Assembly: GCA_012862495.1 (NCBI GenBank)
Contig: BLSG01000421.1
Coordinates: 85,191-134,190, forward strand
DNA length: 49,000 nt
Source: Thraustochytrium aureum
Lineage: Eukaryota
Direction of reading: 5' to 3'
Under the pieces are notes generated by a model, which searched no databases, had not been told where the DNA came from, and was given only the letters and a program-made list of their open reading frames with translations. The translations under genes and the position numbers were made by a program. Below are positions 33,502-44,835 of this stretch, piece by piece (position 1 is the first letter of the stretch; every line of letters starts with the position of its first letter).

Positions 33502-36500
33502 ATGGCTCAAGAAGTTGAAAATGTCATCATGACCGTCTATGGCGCCGCTGGCAACGAAACGGCCCGGCGAGAAGCGATTGGCCGTTTACGAGAGTTCTCC
33601 TCCACCCCAGAAGCCTGGAACATCTCATTTCAGCTCATGGCGGGGTCCAAGTCAAGCCACGTCCAGTTCTTCGCCAGCAACATGATCTACACCAAGGTGC
33701 AGAAAGAGTGGCGCAACCAGCCCGACGCAGCCAAGCAAGACATCCACGCGCGAGTCCTAGGAGCGCTCCACACGTATGTGCAGGACGACAATGCCGGCCT
33801 TTCCGAGCTCGCGTTGCGCCGCTTGTGCCTCATTCTCGCTCGGATCGCCGTGCGCTCACCTGAAGTCGTCGAAGGCCTCATCTCGACTGCGTGGACCTTC
33901 CTGCAAGTAGGGCTCGGTGCCCAACCTGCTCTTGAAGGCGCCCCCGGCGCCCGGCACCGGACCGAACCCGCACACGAGCACTGCAGGTGTGCACAGAGCT
34001 GCTCATCGCGCTTCCCGAGGAGAAGGAGGCCGACGCTTCCCCAACGCACAGCATCATCGCCGGCCTCGATCCTGAGGGCGTCGACCAAAAGCTGTCGGCA
34101 GCTTTGCCCACCGTGTTGGAAGCCGTATCGCGGCTCATCCAGCAGCAGAGTACCACCAAATTCTACGCTCGTGCGCTGGACTGCCTCAACTCGTGGGCCC
34201 CAATCGGCGTCGACGTCCTGACCCTCGCCAGATTTAACCTTCAGATGCCAATCGTTGGCGCGCTCAGCACTTGTGCGGACGTGGAGGTCCTTCAAGCTGC
34301 ATGCCGCGCCCTCGAGGCGTGCGTCTCAAAGCCAAGCTTTGAGCGGACGCTGGGCCAGCCAGAGTCCGAAGAACGCCTCCACGCAATGGACCAGATAGTG
34401 GAGGGTCTTTTAGCCTGCCGCTCGCGCCTGGCCGCGACGGACGTCGAGGAGAGTGGCGAGGGAGAAGATGTGGCCCATGCGCTGTGCTCTCTCATCGTCG
34501 CGGTGGCCGAAGACCAGGTCGAGCGGGTCGTGGAGGGCGAGCCGCTTTACCTGCAGCTCGTCGACATTATCATGGGCCTCACTGGGCACCACGACCGCCG
34601 TGTCGCCGCTATCACGCTCAACTTTTGGCTTCGAGTCCAAGACACACCGCTGGCCGATCGCCACGAAAGCCTCCGCGAGCCGTGTTTCCAGGCGCTCATG
34701 GCCGTATTGCTTCGCCAATCTCGGCTGGGCGACGGAGCGGCGACTGGCGACGACCGCGACATTGACGATGAGATCCTTGCGTTCCGCAACAACGGCAGCG
34801 GCGTAAAAGAGCCCTTCGCTGTAACGTTCTTTGTGCTCGGGTCCAGCTTCGTGGAGGGCCTGCTCAACGTCTTACGCACTACCGGGGACTGGCAAGACTT
34901 CGAGGCCGCCCTGTTTGCACTTGGGGCGGCGTCGCGAGAGATCATAGAGCTCGCGATGGCTCCGGGTCGCGCGTCGGGCCCGCGTGGACAGGCGCTCCTT
35001 CAACTGTCCCAGAGCTTGCTCTCTGAGCTGCCCGCCATGCCGATGCTTCGCGCGACAGGGGCCACGATTCGCGCTGGCGTGGCGGTGATGGGGGACTACG
35101 CCAAGCTCCTGGCTCGGATGGAGCGGTCTGTGATCGAGCGCCACCTCGAGTTCGCCCTGTTTGCGCTCCCCCTTTCAGCGCCAGTGAGCCTGGCTGCAGG
35201 TACGGCGTTCGAGCGGGTTTGCAATGCATGCGCGCTTGAGCTGGCAATGCATCCAGAAGGCGTTAAAGCGCTAGCGGTTGGCGTTGAGACAGCGCTTCGC
35301 TTGTTTCCGAGCGCGAGCAACCTCCGCAACCCTGAGAGCTTGCAGCCTGCCGGTGCGCCCGCTGGCGCCGGTTCGTTGCCCCTGCAAGCCCGTATTTGTG
35401 TTGTCCAGGGTATCACGCGCGTGGCGTCGAGCATGAAGCTGGCGCCGTGCACAGAGACCCTCGCTATTTTGCTCAACCCCGGCCTCGTTCGGCTCGGCGC
35501 GGCCGTGGCCGAGGTCAAGCCTGACGTTGTCATTGCAGAGCTAGAGATTTTGCGTGCCTCTGTCAAGTTCGTCGACTTGTCGCAAGGCCTTCCAGACGCG
35601 TCACAGCACCCGGTTGCCGGCATCCTGCACGGCGCGCTCCCGATTTTGGAGCGAATTTACAGCGTCGACGAGCTCCAGAGCAATGCCGAGTTGGTTGACT
35701 CGCTGTATGGCTTAATCTCAACGTCGTTTGTGTCTGCTCGAGTAGTTCTGGCGCCTCACCTCGAGTCTCTGCTCCAGTCTGCGGTTCGCCAGTTCAAGGC
35801 GACCTGGTCACCATGTTGCATCACCTGCATTGGGAAAGCGGTGGAGATCTTCGCCACGAATCCGGAGAACGAAGGCGGCTTTGTGCAGCTGTTTACCCAC
35901 TTGACAGAAGCCGTGGTTGTTTCCATCCGAGACGGGCACGCAACCGAGACGCCAGGTATTGTGTGCGAGTTTTTTGACACGGCGCTGCTGTTTCTGCTCT
36001 TTTGCCCCTCCGCGATCTTCCAGCAGACCGTGGTCGAGATAACTGGGCTCCCGGTACCTGACGCCATGTTTCAGATAATCGTGCAGTGCCTCACTGCGAG
36101 CGAGGCTTCGTCCGTCCGCTCTGTGCTCGTGTTCCTCGATTCTGTTGTGACCCGGGTGACAGGGCCCAACGCCAAGCTCGCCGCCTTTTCACCTGTTTTC
36201 GACCAGGCGCTGTCTCGCCAGGGCGCCGCTCTCGTGGACCAGCTGGTTGTGGGGCTTGCAGACACGTTCGGCTCGGTCCACGTAACCAAGGCGGCTCAAT
36301 CGCTCGGTCACCTGACGCGCGCCTTCGGGCCGCAGGTGCAAGAGTGGGTATATTCTGCTCTGGTTCGTGCCCCGGCCCACTTTGCCAACGTGAGCGATTC
36401 GGAGAAGGAGGCGCTCGTAGCGGCGATCCCGCAACTCGCTGCGCTGCCGAGCAAAGCCAAGGAGGTCTATATCGAGTTTTCCCGCGCGGCCAGGAAGGAG

Positions 36501-36638
36501 TCGCTCTCGACGGACCTGCAGTCGTTCATTGGCGAGGCGTGCAATGCCGCCGCCGCCGCCGCCATTGCAAACGCTACGGCGCCTCCGACAGCGCGGGCTT
36601 CGGGCCTTGGCGGCTCGCCGGTGATCGATCTCTCCTAG
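33502..36638 (+). CDS. Importin-beta family karyopherin, transportin-3/importin-13-like; frame break at about 33950
   Basis: IBN_N-like start (FSSTPEAWNIS...VQFFASNMIYTKVQKEW), ELLIALPEE, ALDCLNSW, ITLNFW and WQDFEAALF; HEAT-like helices throughout. Confidence 0.85.
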
Positions 36639-36843
36639 CCCTGCAAGCTGAACCGTCTCTGGTGCCAACGCGGGGCCGACTTGGGGGCCAGACTGTCTGA
36701 GCGAACCAACTTTGGTATCCGCTCGGCCGACGGCGAGCGTGGAGGATGGATGGACGGGCGAACGGGCGGACGGGTGGTTGCTTGAAGTGGTTTACGCTAC
36801 ACTTCAATTCGAGCGGCGATGAACCTCCCCAGCCCGCGATGCC

Positions 36844-36857
36844 CTCTAGAGCTAGAG
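36844..36857. promoter_or_regulatory. CTCTAG-AG-CTAGAG inverted repeat (CTAGAGCTAG copy 4)
   Basis: Lies about 15 bp beyond the stop of the minus-strand gene ending at 36873. Confidence 0.5.
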
Positions 36858-36872
36858 TGGACTGAAAGAGCT

Positions 36873-39800
36873 TTACTGGTTTTGTGAGCTACTGAGTGAA
36901 CGGCTCCCGCGTCGGCCTCGGGCCATCGACGCCCTCGACGCCGCACGTTGAAGAGCGCGCGAGCCCGTTTTGTTACTCGCCCTGCTCCGCATACTTTGGC
37001 TCCCGTCGCCTTCCGCTTCCTCCTCTTGCACGGGTCGATCGCGATCCTCGCTCAGGTCCTCCCCAGCGCTGCCGTTCGTCTTGCGCATACTCGGCTGACG
37101 TGACAAGCGCCCTTCGGAGCGCGACTGTTCAGGCTGATGCCCTCTATTAATCACGCTTGCTCCAGAGTTTGAGCTCCTGCGCGACCTCACACTCGCCATA
37201 CCTTGAGCAGCCCCAGCCTCGTTGTCATCGCCCCCAGAGTCCTGAATTGCATTCTCGTCGACGAGATTCCCACCAGAGGCGTCGGAGTCGGACCCATCCG
37301 CTTCGTCCTGTCCTCGCTGCATCGTGGCCAGATCTTCGGCGTCGCTGTCGGACCCATCAGAGATGTCAGAGCCCTTCCTATCAAGGCTGATTTGGTCGCT
37401 GCCGCCATCCTTGCGACCAGGACCTTCCGGCCTCGCCTTTGTGACTGCTTTACTTTCCCCGGGATCGGGCTGAGTGGGATTCGCAGTGGGATTCTCAGGA
37501 TCGTCTGTGGATTCGTCCTTGGGCGGCTGGATGTCATCAGGTTTGGCCTCGTGGGTTGAAGTGAGAGCCAGGAGAACGCGTCGCTTTGCGAGCTCTTCGT
37601 TGCGCTTTTTGAAGATACGGCGTTGGTCTCTGGACTGGCACCGCTCTCGAAGCGCGTCCGCTTCGGCTTCGAGTTGCTCGAGGAGACCGTCGGGCGGCGC
37701 CTCGCTCGCTGTTTTAAAGGTCCGGGCCATCAATGTGACGAGGACCAGTTCGAAAAGTGGAAGGAGCTCGTCGATGAAGGTGAGCTTGTCCACAATGGCG
37801 GCGAGCTGCTTTCTCGAAAGAAGCACCTGAGTAGTTTCGTAAAGACTCGGGAAGTGCATGCTGGATGGTGCGGGGCCACTGGTCGTTGTCGCGGGCACGG
37901 GCAGGACCGTTTTCGGCTCAGGTTGCTTTCCCTTCGCGCCATTCGCCCGACCATCTGATCCTTCACCGCGGGCGGCAGCGTCTGTCGCTTCAATCGCGGG
38001 AGTTCCGCCCACCTCATCTTCGTTTGGCTTCTCGCCAGGTGCGGCTGACTTGGGATTGTGAGGGCGCCTCGAAAACCTAGCCAAGAATCCAGCACGCGGA
38101 GCGGCCTTGGCAGCATCGCCGCTCTCGTTTTTCTCCGTGTGGTTGGCTGCTACGCCGCCCTTGTTGGCCCCTTTCCTCTTGAGGACGATGCCGCCGAGCG
38201 CGTGGGCCTTTTTCTCGTCCGGGGCTGATTCTCCAGCCTCTGGCCCGCCAAAACGATGCTGCGCAACAGTGTAGACCAGCGTCGCCAGTACACCGAGGTT
38301 GTTGGCGTTTTTCCGGTCTGGCTTGCGGCCCACGCCAGCTTCCCAGGGGCGCAAGACAATAGGAACAAGGCAGCGGACGAGAACAAAGTTGCCAAGAACG
38401 AGCTTTGCTCGAGACAGGTCGAATACGGAGGTTGCACTCTGGTGTAGCGTGCCTCGAGCGATGCTGTGCCTTTTCTCGCGAACCTTTTGCCAGCCGTCAC
38501 TTGCCTGGACACCCTCGTCCCCTTGTTCGTCCGCGCCAAGTGTTGTGGTGCTGCTGTTCTCTTGGTCGTCAGAAGACGAGGGCTCTTCGCCAGCTGGAGG
38601 CAACATCCATCTCGTGTACTGTAGCGGTGAAAAGTCAAGTGCCTCCCTCTCGTGGGGAACAAGTAGTTTGGTGGAAAGACGCACCCGTCCGTGACAATGC
38701 GGTGCAGAAATGCGCAGGTGCTGCTTTGTAGCGCTGGCTTGTCATCCTGCACAGACCGAAGAATAAGCTCGAAGACGCCCCTTACTCGTACTTTCAGTCG
38801 CAGCACCACCGTGTCGAGCTTGGCTAGCGCTACCGACGCGGCGGCAGAGTCCGCGATCTTGTTTCTAGCTTGGGGGCCGCCGCGAGCCCAGGGCCTAATC
38901 CTCGACTTGCCGGCGCCTCGCGGGTCAAGGATTGTCTCGGGCTTGGTCATTACATCAACGAGCGGCAAATAAAGCACCTGGGCAAGCCAAGCCCTGGTTC
39001 TCTCTGTGTGGAGAATAATGGCGCTCTCCATGCCCCGCGCATCCTTGACCAAGTGGTCTTCGCGCTTCTTTTCCAAAGCAGTCCGCTCAAGGCGCTTCCA
39101 TGCGACCACGGCGAATGCGATTGCTCGGAAGAGTAGCTTTCCTTTCAGCACTTGGTCTGTCGGGGGCTTGAGGACTCCCTCCGCTCGCCATCTGTACATT
39201 GGACGGCCGATTCCGCGGACGAGGAAACGCTGTGCTGTTTGCGCCTTCTTACCTGTCCCTCCAGCGCCGCCCTCTTCGTCAGCGCCTGCACCGTGTTTTG
39301 CCTTGCCGTCTTCGTCGTCCGAGAGCTGCAAGAGGTCGGGGTCGTCGTCCATGAGCTTTTCCCAGACCGAACGTTCTGAGTCGTCAGCGTGGCCTTGGCG
39401 GGGATTCTGCGGGGAGCTCTGGTGTTGCTCCCGTGGTGATTGGTGAGGGGGGTTGTATTCGTTGTGGTTCTCAGCGCCACGAGGGGTTGCGTACGCATTA
39501 TTCTGAGGATCGTACTGTTCCCTTGCGGGACTTGCCTCGCCCCGGCCTGGTAGAGCTGGGCTGTGCCGTTCGGGTTCGCGTCTCCACCCAGATATTGGCT
39601 CGCGGAGTCGAATTGTGGGTCGAGTACGGCTGAGGGATTGCGCCGCTCGCCGGGAGGCGGCTCATGATGTCCTGGACGAGCCGTTGGTGCTGCCGCTCCA
39701 GTCGTTCCTCAAGCCGGCGCTCCTGCTCATTGCGCTGACGTTCCTCGATGTGCGAAGCGAGCTGATTGTCCAGATCGCCAAGGATGGCAGTCATAGATTC

Positions 39801-40287
39801 CTGCTGTGCAGCCATTTGTTTCTGCAGCGCGCGCTCGAGGCGCTTGCGGCTGCTGCGACTGCGGGATCGCTTGTGTGCCGCCCGGCTGTGCGGCGCGCGA
39901 GTAGCCGGCCCCCCCTTACTCCTTGCGCTCGTTCCGCTTCGGTGGCCTTTCCTTTTTTCGCTTTGACCTGGACTTTCGTTCTGCGCGACGCTCGTCTTCG
40001 CTCGAGTCGCGCGAGACGCTCGAGTCGCTTGAGCTTGACAGACTGGTCAAGCCTGGACTTGAGGACTCGTCGCCCCCCCACACCGAGTCGGCAGCGGCAA
40101 TCTGGCCTTGCCAAGCCCCCAGCGAGGCCCCCGCTCCCGAAAATGAAGCCGCAGCGCCTCCGAGCGCTTGTTCGCGTTCCGAGCGCGCTTTGTCTTGCTT
40201 CGCGCGCTCGAGTTCGAGCTTGGCTCGTGTTACTTTGGCGCGCAGCATGAGCGCCGTGCGCCTTGCGTCGAGAGCCGCGTGGTCCAT
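36873..40287 (-). CDS. Large hypothetical protein (about 1100 aa; coiled-coil N-terminus, helical core, disordered C-terminus) broken by several frameshifts
   Basis: Consecutive overlapping ORFs (39916-40545, 39791-40306, 39498-39815, 39145-39498, 38150-39352, 36873-38684) can be joined by small frameshifts, e.g. PPNYLFP(H)EREALDF. Confidence 0.6.
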
Positions 40288-41021
40288 GGCGGCAGCTCCG
40301 CCGCAATCAAAACGCGTCAGCCAAACCNNNNNNNNNNNNNNNNNNNNNNNNNNNNNNNNNNNNNNNNNNNNNNNNNNNNNNNNNNNNNNNNNNNNNNNNN
40401 NNNNNNNNNNNNNNNNNNNNNNNNNNNNNNNNNNNNNNCTGAACTGCTTCTTCCTGACGCCGCGACCGTCTGCGCGGCCGGCTTGTGCAAGGAGACATCG
40501 GCCCGGAAGCCCATCATTAACGGTACTAAAACCCGCAAAAGGCACAACCGCGCGCTAAATCAGGCAGCGCGCGCGGTGGCTCGTCGCGCCTGCACGAAAG
40601 CTGCCGGCCGCAGTCGACTCCGCTGTTCGAGGACAGATTGCTCCCACGCTTGCCGTCCCCAATCGATGCAAACGGCGCTGCTGCCAGCACGCGGACCGTC
40701 TTCCGGTCCTTGCCCCAAGCCCGCATCTCCTCGCCCACATGAGCTTTCTCATCAACCAAGACCGGCATTGCGAGTGCGGCAAGCCTTGCGCGTTGCGCGC
40801 GAGCAGTCCGGGGCGCGCAGCGTGCGCGTGCATCGCAGCGACAGCCCGAAGCCTGACGCCACGAAGCCGCTCGGTCTCCGCTGCCAGCACGCATCAAAAT
40901 CAAAGCAAGTCTGCCGCCCTGTCCGTGCGCCCATCCGCATCGAAGAAAGGATCATCGGCAGACGGCGCTGCCAGCCAGCCAGCCTGCCAGCCTGCCTGTC
41001 CGTCACCAGGCGGTGCGCACC

Positions 41022-41048
41022 GCAGGCAGGCAGGCAGGCAGGCAGGCA
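41022..41048. repeat. (GCAG)n microsatellite
   Basis: gcaggcaggcaggcaggcaggcaggcag. Confidence 0.85.
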
Positions 41049-41318
41049 GCGCACCTGCGAGGCTCGAATGATCCTCGGCGGTGCAAACCACGTCGAAAAG
41101 GAAGGACTGATGGCTGCGCGCCTGATGACTGATGCACAATAATGCGCTCACGGCGAGTTGTTCGCGTGCCAAATGCGAGGGCAATGCAGACCCGCAACGC
41201 GCTGCCGCTGGCACCCGTATGCACTGAGTAGAGTTGAGTGCGACCTGATCTGGCCGTGGTACCAGGACGAGTCGAATTCGATCGTTGTTGCCTCGTGTAG
41301 AGTGCTCGGGTATTGTCG

Positions 41319-41354
41319 AGCTCGCTCGCTCGCTCGCTCGCTCGCTCGCTCGCT
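41319..41354. repeat. (GCTC)n microsatellite upstream of the DUF3712 gene
   Basis: About 8 perfect gctc units. Confidence 0.9.
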
Positions 41355-41484
41355 CTCTTGCTTGCTTGCGTGCTCTGCACGTGGCTCCGCGAGGCGTGGT
41401 TGACGCCGGATTCCTGCGGAGTTGCTGCGTGCCGCGGCGCGGTGCTGTTCGGGCGTGGCCGGAGTGGCTGGGCCCGTGGGCGGC

Positions 41485-43181
41485 ATGAGGTCGGAAGACA
41501 CGGAGAATGGCTGGGCGCCCCTTCTGGATGGGGAGGAGACTGGCGCAGACGATGCACTGGGGTCCCGCCAGCGACCCGGAACTAGGGCCTGCTGTTGCGG
41601 ACTTGGCGCTGTGAGGGCGAGTCTGGTTGGCTTGGGGACACTGGTGCTCCTCGGGCTTGTGGCCGTGTTTGGAGCAGCGCCGCCAGTGGCGCAGCATGTC
41701 GTCAACGAGTCGACCCTGACGACGCTACACATGGCCATGAGCAACCCGCGAGCGGATCGCATCCACTTGCACGCCGTCGCAGAGCTGCATGACGTGGGGC
41801 CGTTGAGCGCCACTCTCTCAGGCGGTGAGATGGGCGTGCACTTTGAAGGCGATCTGCTGGGCTACATCACCATGCCCGAGCTGCAGATTACGGGCGGCGA
41901 GCCGCTGCAGTTCTCGATCGACACCGACATGAGGATTGTGAACGGGACGGCCTTCACGAACGCGACGGCGCGTGTGTTTCAAGGCCACGGTGGCACCTGG
42001 TACGTGAGAGGGAAGAGCGAGGTCCGAGTGACAATGCTTGGCTTGTCGCGGACCATCAACGTCAAGCTCGACAAGCCCCTCCTTATTCCACCAACTCTAC
42101 TGGAGGACGTCCGAGGGTATGGCGGCGACGTTGTGGAGGGCAGTGGGACGGCGACGACCTTGGGCCTCGTTGCGCGCACGTCGCTGTTCAGCTCTTCGAT
42201 TCTCGAGATGCACCACCTCGGCGAATTCGTCTTCGACTTGTACGTCCCCATAGACGAGCAAGGCAAGCTTGTGCGAGACCGGAACTTGGCGCGAGTCTCC
42301 AAACACGTCCGCGTCGGCGAGGTCGCTGTAGACGACTTTGACCTTCGCCAAGGCGTCAACGACTTCGCCAGCAACGGGCTCGTGCTGAAAGAGGCGGGCA
42401 ACGAAGCTGTCCTCAGCCAGTTCATGAGCAACTATCTCGAGGGCGAGGACCAGATTGCGATCATGAAGGGCCCCACTCGGTCCGCTTCTCTTTTCCTGGA
42501 CAACGTTGTCGAGCAAGTCATCGTGTTCGAGGGCTCGCGCGATGCGCGCCCCGTGGAGGTTTCGCTGATCGACAAGGAAACCTCGTTCGTCGGTTTCGAC
42601 CCAAAGGTGCCCAACCCTGCTGCAAGCAAGTTTCGCGGCCCAAAGATCGTCGTGCACAACACGCTCTCCGCCACGATCGTGCAGGAAAACGTGACATCGC
42701 TCATCTTCTTGGAGGAGCCCCTCGGGTTCAACCTCTCGCACCCCGTTCTGGGCTCGCACCACTGCCCGAGTTCGAGCAAGTTTGCCAGGCTCTACACGGC
42801 GCCAGGAATGTATCGGGACGAGCCCGAGCGCGAGCCTGTGATTACTTTTGCACCGCGAGCCAAGCAGACAGTCTTCATGCCGGGAGGCCCGATGGCGGGC
42901 CAGACCGGGGGCCCGTATGCTCGGTGCTTCATGTGCCGCTTGCGGACGGCGCTGACTGCTGCTTCGTTGCCCTCCAGGTAGCTGCTGCATGCCGCGCGCG
43001 GGCGCGTGGCGAGCAGTTCTTCAACACGCGGCTCGAGTCGCTGTTCGTCATGGTCTTTGGCCAATTCCGCGTTGCCTTGGACGTGCACCAGGCGAGCATC
43101 GCGACGAGTTTCACGTCAGAGGTGACGAGTGGATTCCTGGCGGACGCCGAGCTCTCGTGCGCCAACTTCGTCATGCACTAG
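41485..43181 (+). CDS. Type II membrane protein with DUF3712/LEA_2-like beta-sandwich repeats; frameshift at about 42915
   Basis: Acidic N-tail with PLL, a Cys cluster (ACCCG) and a single TM, then PVAQHVVNESTL...SNPRAD...GPLSATL...GYITMPEL...IVNGTAFTN...WYVRG...LDKPL, which resembles DUF3712. Confidence 0.65.
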
Positions 43182-43624
43182 CTGTAGAGGCACCACGTCG
43201 CTTCGAGTCTGTCTTCGCGTTTGGTCTGTTGTGNNNNNNNNNNNNNNNNNNNNNNNNNNNNNNNNNNNNNNNNNNNNNNNNNNNNNNNNNNNNNNNNNNN
43301 NNNNNNNNNNNNNNNNNNNNNNNNNNNNNNNNNNNNNNNNNNNNNNNNNNNNNNNNNNNNNNNNNNNNNNNNNNNNNNNNNNNNNNNNNNNNNNNNNNNN
43401 NNNNNNNNNNNNNNNNNNNNNNNNNNNNNNNNNNNNNNNNNNNNNNNNNNNNNNNNNNNNNNNNNNNNNNNNNNNNNNNNNNNNNNNNNNNNNNNNNNNN
43501 NNNNNNNNNNNNNNNNNNNNNNNNNNNNNNNNNNNNNNNNNNNNNNNNNNNNNNNNNNNNNNNNNNNNNNNNNNNNNNNNNNNNNNNNNNNNNNNNNNNN
43601 NNNNNNNNNNNNNNNNNNNNNNNN

Positions 43625-44541
43625 ATCCGAGCGCAAGAAACCCGGCTCGCCGAACTGCGCGAGGCGCTACGGAAGCGATTCGACGCAGAGCACGGTCCAG
43701 GCGACGCCAACCCCGTGGACGTGCTGGATCGGCTCGCTCGGCTGCAAGCGCGATGCGCAAGAGTACAGAAGAAGATTCAACGCGTCACGGACGTGCAGCG
43801 CGAACTGGCCTCCGCCTTGGCGCCACAGAGCTCCTCCAGTCGAGTGGCCCGTGGCGGGCCTGCGGGCTCAGCCGTCGCAGACGCCCTTGGCTCACTTGGC
43901 GTGAGCTCGCCCGAGCTCGAGAGCGCCAGGCGCGCTGCCATTGAGGCGCACGAAGCTGCCGCGGCCAAGTTGAGCGGCAAGGCGGCGCTCCCGAGCAGCG
44001 CGCACCGACCGGTGCACCTTGGCGCGTTCGAAACCGCAGTCAAGACGCGGGCCGACCTAGACCAAGCCCTCGCGGATCTTTGCATCTCGGAGGGCGCGAC
44101 GGACCGCGCTGGCAAAGGGCAAGAAAACGATCCCAGCACGTCGACGAACGAGCCGCGCGCGGCGACTGTACCGCAGCAAGCGGAGGTGGTCAGCAAGCTA
44201 GAGGGCAGGAAAGACCACGAGCCGCAAGAGATTGTGTATGAGATCGACCCCGTCGCTTTCGATGCCCTGCCCGAGTCTGTTCGAGGTAGAGCAAAGCTCG
44301 CAGAGGTCCGAAAACGCTCGACGCCGTCCTTGCAGCCCACCAGCGCCAGCTTCGGAAACTGCATCGGCCTCAGGGCGGCCGGCGTGGCGCGCCAAGCAAG
44401 AGCGCCCCCGTGTCGCTCAAGGAGCTCGATGCAATGGGAGGCAAGGTCGTGGGTCACACGGGCTCGTGTGTGCTGGCGTGCCTCCGTGCCCTTGGTTTGG
44501 TGCAGGTCTCCAAGGGCGGGGTCGCGCTGGCGCAAAACTGA
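43625..44541 (+). CDS. SKA2: Spindle and kinetochore-associated protein 2-like (5' end in gap; frameshift at about 44312)
   Basis: N-terminal LREALRKRFDAEHGPGDANPVDVLDRLARLQ matches the Ska2 NP motif. The C-terminal domain reads FDALPESVRGRAKLAEV...SLKELDAMGGKVVGHTG..VLACLRALGLV once one A is restored. Confidence 0.65.
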
Positions 44542-44601
44542 CCGCTACGTGCCCGCCGATGCCGCGCTGGCGCAAAACTGACCGCTACGTGCCCGCTGAT
44601 G
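44523..44601. repeat. 40-bp tandem duplication spanning the SKA2 stop codon
   Basis: cgcgctggcgcaaaactgaccgctacgtgcccgc(c/t)gatg occurs twice with one mismatch. Confidence 0.9.
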
Positions 44602-44835
44602 TGGGCGTCAGCAGAAGGGCAGGACAGGCGCCAGCGAGAGGGCATCAAGTGCCAGCAAACTGTGGCGCAGTATGGCCACGGCTCTCTAGCAGAGCTAGCG
44701 ACGACTTGGCCCCAGCGCTGGCTCGCCGCTGGGCTCCCCGGCGCCATCTGTCGACCTAGCTTGCTAGCTACAACGTGAAGGAGAGGGTCGTGCTACAATT
44801 TGGAAAATTCTTTTGCTGCGGCGGGACCCAACGCA

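Noticed and set aside
33907..33986. 80-nt GT-AG intron explaining the karyopherin frame break
   Set aside because: The length would fix the frame, but the donor (GTAGGG) is weak and the CTGAC branch site seen in most other introns here is absent. Adding one C gives the plausible RTRALQVCTELL. Left unresolved and not annotated.
17264..44601. 31-bp and 40-bp direct repeats as CRISPR arrays
   Set aside because: Each has only two adjacent copies with no spacers, there are no cas genes, and the context is eukaryotic.
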